This document shows, piece after piece, positions 1 to 13,067 of a stretch of DNA of 64,000 nucleotides. Every line of letters starts with the position of its first letter. Within the stretch, counting starts at the first letter, position 1. The notes beneath the pieces are model-generated. The model saw nothing but the letters and a program-made list of their open reading frames with translations, was not told where the DNA came from and ran no database searches. The position numbers and the translations under genes are program-made. The stretch spans positions 248,001 through 312,000 of the forward strand of contig MU008185.1 in NCBI GenBank assembly GCA_010909165.1, written 5' to 3'. The DNA comes from Anthoceros angustus. Taxonomy: Eukaryota > Plantae > Anthocerotophyta.

Positions 1-479
1 GCCATACTTTTATCCCCCTCGCCATTGAGACTCACGAGGCCATGGGTCGGGACTTCTCGAAGTTCCTCAAGGGCCTGTGCTAAGGCTTACCACGATTGCA
101 GGAATGGGGTTGGTCTCCCCCTTTCTTATATTGTGTCTTTCTTCAGGCAGCGGGTGTCTATCGCCCTGCAGAGGGCGTTGGCGAACGCGGAGTACAAGAC
201 AACGAGTAGCACAGGGGAGACGGCTCTCTTCGGTGGCGGTGGTAGATAGGCTCTTTCTTATTCCCGATCTTGAGATATCTGAGCGTAGGTAGTTTTGAGA
301 AACGCGATAACGGGAGTTCGTCCCCCTTGGCCTGGTGCCCTTTGTTAGGTTCACCCTTTTTTTCGTTGTAGATGGTGTTTTATCCATCTCTTTTCTTTCT
401 ACATAAAGTCTCCTCGAGTCTCACAAGAAAACTTTTTTGATCAGCTCTAAGATCATTATTTGCAATGTTCAAATGATGT

Positions 480-955
480 ACTCGTGAGTCCTTCATAAAT
501 GGATAGAGCAAGAATAGAGAGGTTTTATTCAGAATCGCTACATCCTGGACAGCTGGCTCTTGCTGCGGGAGGTTAAGTTTTCTATTTCTCAGCAGCAAGT
601 TCCAACAGTCCTCCTATTATTGGACTTTTACAAGGCTTACGACACTGTGGAGTGGCACTTCTTGTGGCGATGCTTGAGAAACTTTAGCTTTGGAAGTAAT
701 TTCTGTCGGTGGGTAGCTATTCTCAGTAAAGATGCAGGAGCTAAAGGTTTAGTGAATGGCTCTTCCACGGACAGGTTTCGGATCACCCGTTCCGTGTGGC
801 AGGGATGCCCTCTTGCTCCCTTCCTTTTCATCATTATCTCAGATTTCCTAATCCGAGCTATCAAGCAGGATCCGGAGTTCGCAGGCGTCCCAGCCCCAAA
901 TGGTTCTTCCATGAAAATTTCAGCCTTTGCTGATGATACCATGTTATTTTCCTAG
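480..955 (+). mobile_element. Decayed LINE (L1-like) reverse transcriptase fragment
   Basis: ORF 560-955 has RT motifs LLLDFYKAYDTVEW, QGCPLAPFLF and SAFADDT followed directly by a stop. The upstream in-frame stretch E*RGFIQNRYILD matches the Q-GF-R-I-D motif with an in-frame TAG. Confidence 0.9.
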
Positions 956-1045
956 AGTTTGCACAGTATTTAACAGTAATATGCTATGCCGAATTCTCAT
1001 GTGAAGTGTTTTTCCACACTAGTTGATAATAATCTTCAAACATGA

Positions 1046-1482
1046 AGATAAGCAAAGGAGATGCGTAGCGGCCGAGAGGGATGACATACACCATGGACAC
1101 CGTCAGCTTAGGGCGGGTTTACCACGTCGCCGCTGGTTGTACATAGCTGAATAGTATAGCCAGTATGGCCAACAAGAGCGATGACGGCCTCAATAACATG
1201 GCGAAAAGAGCCAACAATCAAGATGGGAGACCTTTGTCAGCTCAACTGGTGCGTACTTAATTAAAACCAATGTTCAAAAATAATGCATGCAAGTTGGCTA
1301 CAATAAGAGACCCTAAGCATACATATATACTTCAACATAGTGACTGCAAAACCTTCCAACGTAGAGAGAGAAAACCTTCAAATAGAGAGATAAGCAAGGG
1401 AGTTGCATAGCGGCCGAGAGGGATGACATACACCATATACACCATCAGCTCAGGGCGGGTTTACCACATCGCCGCTGGTCGT
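1046..1482. repeat. Pair of ~95 bp imperfect direct repeats (1046-1140 and 1388-1482)
   Basis: Shared block tagcggccgagagggatgacatacaccat...cagct(t/c)agggcgggtttaccac(g/a)tcgccgctggt in both copies. Confidence 0.85.
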
Positions 1483-2510
1483 AATATGAGTAATCAATAA
1501 ACGGATATGGGTTCTTGATGATCTGGTGCGCACGGTTTGTCTTGTGGCACCACTTTTCCCTCCGGATGATTGGTGATTGGTGATATACTCCTTCGAGCTT
1601 GCTGCCGTTGCCCTTTGAGCTGGCCGCTGTAGCCTTTCAAGCTACCTAATGTATGATATCAAGTTGCTCTTAATACATTATCTCTCAAGATATCTTGGTT
1701 GAGTAAACAATGCCAATGCTCTACATGAACAATTTTGAATTGATTTAGATTCTCTAAATCAAAAATATTACTAATATTATCTTTCTACAATCCGGACAAC
1801 AATGGGTTCTACCAAGTAGCAACATATACGATGAAAAACTTTCCTAGTGAAGCTTGCCTGCTCATTCTATAAGCCATAGCAAAAAATGGTAACATTCTAT
1901 GCCATTCTATTTATTCATTATCAAACAGTATCCTTGAATGCTTTCTTACATGTTTGTACCATCTTGTCTCTAAGTCCATGAGCATTTGGGTGATTTCTAG
2001 AAGTAGTTTTATAATTAATTTAACAATGATTTAGTAATTCATCAAAATCTCGCATGAACTTCCTTTCTGGATCGGTTAAAACTTATGCGTATGCTCCAAT
2101 TACACTCAACACAAGATTAAGAAATGCATTTATGATCTCACTAAATCTTTCATCTCTCAAAGAAACTAATGAAATCCACTTAGAAATATGTTTTATCATC
2201 TTTAAACGCTTCTACCCTCTTCCGGTGGGTAATGTTGACGTGGGTGAATGTGTGCGTAAGCTCATGAGCGCTGTCCGAACATATCATGGGTCGTATTGTT
2301 ACAATGATTAGTTTTCATGTGCGTGGATTGAACAAAAATTATCTAAAAATAAAATTTCTCAAATTATGAGATATACAAACGTACAAATGTAATTTTCATT
2401 TGCAAACTCATCTAAAAGTGTGCAGGACCGTGTGTTTATTTCTTCCGTCTACATATATCATGATTCTCCAAGTGTGACAATTGCATGCTAAGTTTCAGTT
2501 GTTTGATATA

Positions 2511-2856
2511 CCGTACCTCGAAGGGTGGTTCAACAGGATAATGCCGAAATAATTATTTTTTGAAAAAAACAAGGTTCAACATAAATATTTATATTTTTTA
2601 AAATTTCAACATTTACAAAAAATAATTTTATCAAATTTCAACATTTATTAAAATATATAGGTATATATAAAACTAATGGATATGTATAGATCTCCCTAAA
2701 TAGGCCCTAATTTTCCACACAAACCCTAGTTTCCTTATTTTCGCATCATAAACTCATAAATTTTTACCTATTCAACATTTTAAGTATAATAATTTCTGGA
2801 TTTTCAACTTTTACTAATTTTAATTAATTAATGCCGAATCACCCCTTGGGGTACGG
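2511..2856. mobile_element. MITE with TA target duplication (Tc1/mariner-type, Stowaway-like)
   Basis: TA|CCGTACCTCGAAGGGTGGTTCAACA at the left and TGCCGAATCACCCCTTGGGGTACGG|TA at the right form ~25 bp imperfect TIRs around a very AT-rich, non-coding ~300 bp interior. Confidence 0.7.
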
Positions 2857-3368
2857 TACTCATATAGATGATCAAGAATAGAATTACATAATAAATTGAT
2901 ATAGACTTAATCCATGATTTCAAACTGTAAATTAATTACATCAATTATTTTGATAAACCCATTTATAACATCTTAGGTATTATTAAGTTCTTTAGATTTT
3001 TATTTAAATCATTAACATATTTATTTTCCGGTATCTTTCAGCATGATCATATATCTACGTGGTTCCAGTGTGCGAACTCTGGGCGCTATCAACTCGGCAG
3101 GTGCCTCCGCTTCATGAAAAGATCATGTGCTCCGGTTCAAGTCGCGGTGTGTGAACATAAGTCGCAGGCCAGCGACGAGTCGATTCTACAACTAGAGTTA
3201 ATCTTTGGAGTTCATGTTCATACTTTGGAACTGCAGCCTCGAATGTCAATCGCTGTCTTCTAGACTTCGATCTTACAAGACCTTGCGTTCGCTGCAACCC
3301 GGGCGCACGATATCCTGCCTCTGGTCAAGTACAATGAAACTTTGCAAGATTCAGCTAGACGACTGTGG

Positions 3369-6300
3369 CTACTGCCGATCTCCACATGAACAAAACCCAT
3401 TAACAAACCTGTGAACACAGTGAGAGTCTCGAACTATGATCTCTCGTTTCTCAATCCTGGACATGACCTTCGTACTACTGTGACAGTCATTGCACATTCG
3501 CAGGTTCTTTGTCACTAGCAGAGGTGTGCCAACTGAAGTGTGCAGGAGTCCATACGCCAATGCCAGCTTTTCAGCATGCCCACACAAGGCATCCTCCTTC
3601 TCTCTGTCTGAGACAGACTTCAGCACCAGGTCTGTGTGAGGGGTATGGCCTCCTTCGTCTCTCAACCGTATATTTACGCTCTTCAGTTTATTGGTAATGT
3701 CATCCCTTTCTTCGCCGACGACGAAGGTGTGTATGTTGCTGTTTACCTCAATCCATGCGCTTGCAGGCTTCTTGTGTGCACCTGCAGACTTTCTCAAGCT
3801 TTCTATGCAGTCAGCAGCCTGCCACATACCAGCCGTGGCATAAATGTTCGCCAAGAGAATGTATGCCGCTGCATCTTGAGGCTCTGCCTTGACAATCTGG
3901 TCAAAGCATCGCCTGGCAATTTCTACATTGCCATGGATTTTGCAGGCACTGAGCAGAGATCTCCACCCCACAGTTTGATCCTGAGGAGGCAAACAAAGTA
4001 ACATGCGCTCTGCTTCATTTAGATCGCCTGACCGCCCCAGAAGGTCAACCATGCAAGTCTGATGGTAGACATTCGGCACCAGGCCGAAGTCTTGGACCAT
4101 CATTGTGAAATACATTTCACCCTCACTTACCAGACCCTCATAACTGCATGCAACCAAGAGAATGAGGAAAGTAGTCTCGTTGGGATGAGGCCCGTTGTCC
4201 AGCATTTCCTGAAAGCACTGCAATGCCAGTCTACTCTTTCTATGTTGCGTGTAGCCATTCAACAGAGCATTCCATGTCACCACATTTCTGAAGGGCAATC
4301 TGTCAAACGCTTTCCGAGCATCCTCCAAGCTTGCACATTTTGCATACATGTCCACAAGGCTGTTACCAATTACCACTTCAGCCTCCAGTCCCCTTCTCTG
4401 TATCTCCAAATGAAGCTGCTTCCCCTGATGTAAAGCCCCAACACTGGCACATGCATTGATCAAGCATACAAATGTTGCCCTATCAGCTGGATTGATGTTC
4501 TCCTGCTGCATTGTTGCATAAAGAGCCAGGGCTTCTTGACAAAGACCATGCTGCACATATCCTGCAATCATAGCATTCCATGTCCCTACATCTCGTGTCT
4601 GCAATCTGTTAAACAATTGGTGAGCATCCATCAAGTTACCACACTTTGCATACATGTCCACCAGGCTGTTGCCGATATTCACATCATCCTCAAGTCCACT
4701 TTCTTGAATTTGACGATGAAGCTGTTTGCCCTCATTTAATGCTCTGAGTTCGGCACATGCTTTGAGGAGGCAAACATATGTCACAGCATCTGCTACAGAG
4801 ATACCCTGCTGTTGCATACTTGCATGCAGTGCCAGGGCTTCTCGACCAAACCCATGCTCAGCATATCCAGCAATCATGCAAGTCCATGTCACAGCTGATC
4901 TAGAGGTCAATTTATCAAATGCTTTTCGAGCATCTTCTAAGCTCCCACATTTCACGTACATGTCCACGAGACAGCTACCAACAACCATGTCCATGTCAAG
5001 ATCTCTGTCTTGAATCTGAGAGTGAAGCTGCTTTCCCTCATGAAGAGCTCCAATGTTTGCACACGCTTTCAGGAGGCACACAAACGTGACATGATTGGGT
5101 GATACAAGGCCCTCCTGCTCCATACTCGCAAACAGCTTCAGGGCTTCTTGGCCAAGCCCATGATCAGCGTATCCTGCTATCATGGCAGTCCAAGTCACAA
5201 CATCTCGGGTGGCCATCCTGTCAAAGATGGTTCGCGCATCCTCCAAGCTGCCACATTTTGTGTACATGTCAATCAAGCTGCTGCCAACAACCACATTAGC
5301 ATCAAGTCCACATTTCTGGATTTGGGCATGCAAAACTTTTCCCTCATGCAAAGCTCTACAATTGGCACAAGCCTTCAGTAGGGCAACAAAAGTCACATAG
5401 TCAGCTGAAACCATCTCCTGCTGCATCCTTGAAAAAAGATTGAGGGCTTCCTGGCAAAGCCCATGCTCAGCATACCCTGCAATCATGGCATTCCATGTAA
5501 TCACATCTTTTGCAGGCAATCCATCAAAGACTCTTCGGGCGTCTACTAGGCTGCCACATTTGGCATACATGTCCACTAGGCTATTGCCAATTACCACATT
5601 TACGTCCAGGCCTCTCTCCTCAATTTTGGACTCAAGGTCCTTGCCCTCAACTAAGGCTTCAATACTGGCACAGGCTTTCAGGAGGCATACGAACGTTATA
5701 GGGGTTGGGTTGACAGCAATTTCCTCCATGCTTTTATACAGCGCCAGTGCTTCTTGGCCTAGCCCATGCTGAGCATATCCAGCAAGCATTGCATTCCAAG
5801 TTACCACATCCTTCGTAGGCATTTTGTCGAATACAAAGTGGGCATCCTCTAAGCTCCCACATTTTGCATACATGTCCACCAAGCAGTTTCCAACAAAGAC
5901 ATTGGGCTGAACTGCACTTTTTGCAGCGTCGGCATGGACCTCCTTGCCAGACGCCAAATCCAGTGCCTTGGTACATGCCTTGAGGACTGCCACAAGAGTA
6001 TGGTCATTTGGTTTGACACCACACTGGCGCATCTTACGATAGAGATCAATAGCCTGCTCAGGCTGCTTGTTCTCAGCATGTGCCAAAATAATAGAAGCCC
6101 ACATAAAGGTGCTTGGTGCAGCCAGCTTGCTGAACACCTGCAGTGCTTCATGCAACCTGCCATGAGAAGCGTACATGCGGAGAATATGGTTGGCCAGGAA
6201 CACATTTGAGTCGGATCCACTTTTGAGAGTGAGAGCATGAACACGCTTGCCCAAAGCCAGATCTCTATGGACCCTGCACACCTTGAGGGCATGATAAAAA

Positions 6301-6966
6301 AATCCTGCCGGAACATAAAATCCTTGCCCAACCAGGAGACCCAGCAATTCAACTGCCTCATTCAGCTGTCCCTCCTCACATGCTTTGCTCCAGATTCCAA
6401 CATCTAGACTTCCTTCACACCTTGACACCCTGCAACGTTGAGGGAGCTGTCAAAGACAAAGTTAATCGCAGAGCTACGATCACTACACCTTTCAACATGA
6501 TGTAAGTTCACTTTCACAGAATTCCAGAGGCAGTATGCACCTCTCATCGACCTCAAAGTCAGTTCCGGAGTAGAATTTAGGATGGTCTGATGCTAACCAC
6601 GACCCAACGGTGCGTGTCGGTCGTGAGTCAACCACCAGGACCTCACTCAACGTGCTGCTCACGACTTCGGTTTTGAGTTTGCTCTGCAAAGTTGACGGAA
6701 GCAAAGACCGACCATGACTCCGTTATCGCCCATGAATGTTCAAATCTATGACACCAATTTACCTCGTTCAACCTGCTGTCCCAATTGCGCTGCCAGAAAT
6801 CACTTGTCCCAAATGACGGATGCAGGCCGCTTGACCCACGCTGTTGTGCAGCATCCTGCAACGATGACAGTCGTCTGCACCATTCCCAAGAAGCGAGACA
6901 CACGGGCCTCCTCTGAATGTGGCTGGAGAAAACCAGATTGCGGCCAGCGCGACCACCTTTCTTCAT
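3369..6966 (-). CDS. PLS-class PPR protein with E domains and a DYW:KP-type deaminase domain (~1135 aa, 3 exons)
   Basis: Exons 6966-6763, 6683-6541 and 6429-3369 are joined by GT-AG introns of 79 and 111 nt and stay in frame (3408 nt). About 7 P-L-S triplets. C-terminus: KKPASAWIEV (KP box), HAEKLA, CNDCH, CSCGDRQ*. The N-terminus MKKGGRAGRNLVFSSHIQRRPVCLASWEWCRRLSS resembles an organellar (mitochondrial-like) presequence. Confidence 0.93.
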
Positions 6967-8027
6967 TCCAGCTATCCACCAGCCTTGTTGTCGATGTTCA
7001 CTATGAAACCCTAAGGTTCCATCAGCTATTCACTGCATCAACGTTGATCTGGACATCGTGGAGTTCATCACTGCACATATCCGCTTCTAAAGTCGGACAT
7101 GCTGCTTCAACAGCTGAGTGCAAGCCTTTTCTCAGGCTTGGTACGAGGACTTCCAGTCTGACCAAGCAGCGGACAGTTGGCTGCAGAGGATCTGGTATGG
7201 ACAAGTAAGGAGACAAGCTGCACATGGTTGACGTGCAAGTTTGCCCTGACTTGATTATCTGAGTGCTTTTTGTTGTGAGATCAAGGTGAACGGGCGGGTA
7301 ACCACGTCCTCGGATGCCAAGCTCAGTTGTTGTATCCATTGTCCTCCACAATTCACTTGTTGTCTGCAACCCGAACTGTTTACCGTGCCTGATCAGGCTG
7401 ATCCTGCTTCACTTTCGCTTCTACAAATGTCTACCAGAGGCTTCCCTGGAGTGAGCCCTGTGCTCCCTATGAGCTGCACCTGGTGATGTATTGGGGTTGC
7501 TGCTCTGGGGCCTTTGTGTGTTCCAACATGGTGTTAGTGTCTTTGAGGTCGTTTGCCATCAACAACAACCCATCCCAACAACAAGCCATCCCGTTTCCAA
7601 GTTCTTCCAGAAGGCCTGTTTCAGTAGCGAATTGCTCTGTAGCAATCACAGTGGTTGTCTTCTGGAGCAGATGCTTGGCTATGACGCCGTCCGCATGTAT
7701 GCTGCCCATGCGAGGTTGGAGGATGCGTTGCATGAGTAGCTGCTCCAAACGCTTATGCCTTCCTTACTGAGGCACATGTTGAGAAAGGAAAAAAAGGGGT
7801 GTGGGTTTGGCTGGTAAGAGCAAAAAAGCCCCTAAATATATTTATCCCAGTTCGTTCCTCATAAAGAGTTTCCCGCAAAGTTAACCCGATTTAGTGATCA
7901 CCCTTTGTAAGACCAAACAGGGATCGGATCCTCTGATTCGAGGACAATGTGCCATGTTTCAAGGCATCCCGTCACTAAGTACCGGCGGAGCATCCGTTCT
8001 GCCAGTCAGTACAAATGGAATGAGGTT

Positions 8028-11000
8028 CACCGAGTGCGAGGAAGTCCAATCTTGCTTCCCTGAATTCAGGCTGAGAGACTTAGTGGCCCGTTAGAAGATA
8101 CCTGAGAGCAGTTCACAATTCCGAACTCTAAACCGTCCACAAGGGCTCGAAAGCTGGCCTCCACGATGGACGAGTGTGCCCCGACCTAGAAAGGCACCAG
8201 ACCTCAGAAACACGTCTCTAATGCAGATGTTTCGGGATGGCAGGAAGTCACATACCGTCGTCCACTTGCTACCATTGCCGTCGGTAAAGTCAATTGTGAC
8301 TCTGGTGGTGGACATCGTGCCCTTTCTAGCTACCAAAGGCTCTAACAGTCGGACTCGGTAGTCCGACAACTCTACTTGCTGAAGCTGTGGATAGTGCTCC
8401 TCCAGTGCCCGTCTGCTCTGATCAAGTTCCGTATTAATATGACAGCATTGCGGAAGGTCACAAGTTTTCCTCGGGGCTGAGAAGTTGGGTCACGAGACGT
8501 GTACCTCAGTGCATGGCTGAGGGCGTCGACAGGTCCATTACCTTCGGCAGCGCTCATCTGGTAATCTCGCGGGTGAGAAAATTCAGGAAGTAAATTCAAA
8601 CGCAGTTCACGTTTAACAAGAAGGGGCCGGACCAACCTGGACAGAACTACCAACGAGTAGCTTGACTAAAGCCTGGTTGACTTGTACATCATTCTCGGTC
8701 GGGCTCACCCCGTTTTTGCAATCAGGCTTCATGTCAGCTTCGCTACCCTGTGTCCCTCGATTGCTAGAGATCACGGAGAACTCCAACACACGAAAACTGA
8801 GATAATAGCACTTGTCAGCTCATGTGACGGACGTACAGAAAAGTGGTGAAAGGCTGTGATAATGGACAAAATGACTTGAAAATGCACTTACGGTTGTACA
8901 TAGTCCTTGCCCTTCCGTACAATCAGCATATCCACGGAAGCAGATGCATTCTCAAACGCACAACCCTAACGATGCAATCGCAATACGCTTATCAGAGGAG
9001 GTACATTTGTAAGCGACGAGAAACATTTTCTTACATTAACAGAAAGCAGAAACTTCACCGCTGAGAGATGAGATTACCTCATTCTCCATCTGCTTTATGC
9101 GAGCTAGCACGCTGCCAGCAACATCTTTATCCAGCACCAATCCTGCTTTCTCTGCCTAAATTCACATGAAATGTTCCACACCAATTCAGGACAGCGGTAA
9201 GGAAGATGCAGGGGTATTGTCCGGACATGATAGAAGAGCAGAATGTACCTTGTCCAAGATATTTCCTCGTCCGGAAAGCTCACTCACAACAGAGCGCATT
9301 GTGTTGCCCACGAGCGCGGGATCCATATGATTGTAACTCTCAGGCATCTGATGATGAAACATTGGTGACGATATATCTTTTGCGACATCAAATTGCAACA
9401 TCCCACTCTAAAGATTTATATGGACAAGCATACCTTACGAAGTGCTGCAACGTGAATCCCTCCTTTGTGTGCAAACGCGCTCGATCCTACATAAGGCTGT
9501 GAAGGTGACATTTCCTGTGCAGCAACTTCAGCTACAGTGCCAGCTATCTCTGCCAGTCGTGGTAGAAAGGCAGGTGGTATGCAGAGATGCCCAAGCTTGG
9601 CTTGCAAACCTCCTATGACACTCACCTTCGATGCAAGAGAAAGGAGGAGTGAGAACATCTAGAGGAAGCTGACAACTACTGCGAAGGGTTCGCGGAAGAT
9701 CAAAGAGCATCCAACAACAAAAGCCTCTGAATTCATACCAAGTTTGCATTTCCAGTGCGCTCTCCATAGCCATTCATGCAGCCTTGGACAAGAGATGCAC
9801 CACCTCTCACAGCTGATAGACTATTGGCCACAGCCATATCCGTATCATTGTGAGTATGGATACCCACCCTCACTTGGGGCCAATCTTTAAGTGCTGCTTT
9901 TACCTCTCGAGTCCTTGCCTGCATTGCACAAACTGTTGAAAGAGAATGCTCAAAACAGGGCAGACACAAAAATAGGCTTCTACCTCAATGTCCCAAGGCA
10001 TGGAGCCACCATTTGTGTCACATAGCACGACAACGTCAACTCCAGCTTTAGCTGCTGTTTGTAAGCAGTTCAGTGCATACTCCCTGAATAACACATCATG
10101 ATGAAATCACCTAAGTCTCTGGAGCCTGACTTGAAGAACAGCTTCCCGAAAGTAAACTAACTTGCCTGTTTGCAGTCATTCCGTCAAAGAAGTGTTCAGC
10201 ATCAAGCATGACCTCTCTCCCTCTGACCTGAATTGTAATACTTCGCTTCAGACAAAGGCTTCTGGGGAAGCCAACAGCTGCTGCTGAAGGGACACACGAC
10301 TGACCTTGAAATAAGTAACAGTATCGGCTATCATTCTCAAGTTCTCCTCGAGGGTTGTCTCTAGAACTCGGAACACTTGAGCATCCCAGGCCTATCACTT
10401 CCACAGGACGTTTCAATCGCTAGGGATGCATGAAGGTCGAACTGCTATAAAAACAATATAAGCCCAGCATACCTTGGCTACCAGTGTAATAACCGTGGCT
10501 TCACACGAAAGTAAAGCTTGAACATTTCTATCCTGTGATGTGCACCTTCGATTAATCGAATAATGCTTCAGCACATCAAACATGAAAGTTCACAAGCAAT
10601 TGACAGCATAAAAACCAAGCAGTACAGTCAGACCTCATCACATGAGGAATTTTTTCGACGAGTTGCTCCAAACGCAGCCAGCTTTGTTCGACCTTGTGAC
10701 TTCGAGACAACAGGTTCACAAAGGCTGAAAAAATCGGCATCTTTGGGGTTTGAACCTGGCCATCCTCCCTCTATGTACTCAACACCTACACAACAAGAAC
10801 GGCACTCTTCCTCAATAACGGACCGACCCTGCATCAATTGGGAGAGACACCCCTACCCGATGGAGCTTGCACTCAAACGTCCTGGGGCAACATAAGTAAA
10901 AACTGCTCCCAGTGACTGTCACAACCCTCTGATTTTGTGACGTCGCATCTCCAAACTGAACCAGAGGATGAAACTGAAGTCGTACCTAAGTCAACTAAAG

Positions 11001-11739
11001 CGCTGGCAATCTTCAGTTTATCGGCAAGGCTTAATGAGATTCCCACCATCTGCAAACACACAGGAACACTGCAGGTGATTGCACCGCTAACTCCAGCCAA
11101 CATGTGAAAATGAAAAGCGACAAAAGGTCACGCACCTGAGCCCCGTCTCGCAGCGTCGTATCATACATTGACACACGTGATCCTGTGGCACCGCCTTCAG
11201 CAACCCGCGGCTCCACATCAATGAAGGCCTGCAAATTGCCCCATTACCAGCATTCTTCTGTCAGAATTTCTAGCTTTGCTTTCATGCACTTGATTTCACG
11301 TACAGCCGCCAGCCCTGCCTTACGGTTGACTCAGCACGACTTCCGGAACTCTTCAAACCTGCAAGAAGGGGAGATCATACCAGCTGCGACTTTGCCGAAA
11401 TTGTCCCCAGTTGAGCCATTTCCGACAGCGTTTTCGCATGGAGCTCACTAAAAAAAACAAGGCAACATGTCAGCCTGCAGCTTGAGCAGCGCAAGCGGCG
11501 TAATGCTTTGGATTTACAATGCAGGTGCTTCCTGGATCAAGGCACATGTAAGGAACTAGTCTAAGAGGGTCATCGTCCAAGCTGCACCTGGATCGCAGCG
11601 GAGAAATGAACAAGGAGCACCGTCGCAGCGGAGGAATAAACGAGGAGGATCGTAAGCTGCCCGCGACGCAGGGGCTGCAGACAGACCTGTGAAGCCATGC
11701 ATCACACGACGGAGCTGGGCCAACAGAGGTGGCAGCCAT
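8028..11739 (-). CDS. cimA: Multi-exon citramalate synthase / LeuA-related (bacterial CimA-type) enzyme with probable plastid transit peptide
   Basis: Motifs in order across short GT-AG introns: [121 protein letters not shown]. The N-terminus [12 protein letters not shown] is Ser/Arg-rich. The start and last exon are approximate. Confidence 0.88.
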
Positions 11740-12931
11740 GGCGATCGTTGCACTGTAGCACACATTCACGACGCCCAATACTATGGACACTTATTACTTA
11801 TAGACTACCCATTGCAATCTTTTTCCCCCAATCGCGAAATATATACCTATGTATTTGGATTGCGGTCAGTTTTCTCTTTCAACTTCTCTCCCGCTCGCTT
11901 GTACCTCCCTCGACTCAAGGCCTACTCACATAGGCTTTAGCAACGGGATCCGTCCGTGGTAGGGGCGCTCCGTAGTTATGATGGACGGAGCTCCGTTGCT
12001 CCGTTTTTGTCAGCCCGTTTTTCACGTAAGGAAGAAGAAAAGAATTTTATTCAAGTCCTGTCATGGACTTGGTACTTAATAACTTGTACCATGGTCTGCC
12101 CAAGCTACTTGCACCAAGGGCATCCACTTCCTTTAGGCATCCCATCTAAGTATTGATCTAAGTGCAGGATGCTTAATAATGGTGTTCTTATAAAAATGTG
12201 TGCTCATTTGGCCTAAGCTATTTGGACCTCCCCGTTTATGCACTCGGGATACATTCCGGGTGCAAGGGGACAAATGGGAGACACACATGCACAAAAAGGC
12301 TTTGTTGCCCTTTATGAAGAGTGGTTTAGGGAAGGGAAGAGAAGAGCAGGGCCGAGCCTTGAAGTTAATGGGAAAAAGACATGTAACAAGTCTAAGACCT
12401 TGAGCCGTAGAGCGACGTCCTAGGATTCACCTATAGCACATATGATGTCATTGCGAGGAAGATGAAGATGGAATAACCTATATTCTTGTAAATTATGGTG
12501 AATTTATATGTCTTGCTGTTGACCCCATGCCATTCTGATTATGAAGATCAATCTTCATGATAAGAAAGCCAAAGCGTTAGTATCAAAGTCGTTTGGAGAG
12601 CAAAGGATACATGTTATTAGAAAAGCAGTAAAGTGGAATGGGACTAGGCTTACTCTATGCGTGAGTAGATGATACGTTTTGCCTTGGCTTGACTTGATAC
12701 ATTTGTCGAAATCTTTGTCACGGTTTTGTAGTTCCCCATAGTTGTAGCATATGGCTTATGGTTTATGGAGTCGTTCTGAGTTAGGGCATGCTTGACCTCG
12801 CTCGTTGTGTTTGTGTTCGTGAGACCACATTTATCTTGAACTGAACTTAACTACCTATCTTTAATATTATAACCAATTGAATAATCATAAACTAAGATAT
12901 ATATACATATAGGTAATACATATACATCAGG

Positions 12932-13025
12932 TCCGTCAACTACATATACGTTCCCAATCAACCTCTGCTTCTGAAAGTTCCGTCAACTACATATACGTTC
13001 CCCATCAACCTCTACTTCTTAAAGT
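12932..13025. repeat. Tandem duplication, 2 x 47 bp
   Basis: tccgtcaactacatatacgttccc(a/c)atcaacctct(g/a)cttct(g/t)aaagt occurs twice back to back. Confidence 0.9.
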
Positions 13026-13067
13026 ACTAGACTTGGGTATGGAGAGCTACATTTCAGAAAATGTGGC

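Noticed and set aside
6430-6547. Alternative PPR start at ATG 6547 with a 59 nt intron
   Set aside because: The intron is unusually short, and the three-exon model gives typical intron sizes, an open frame and a targeting-peptide-like N-terminus.
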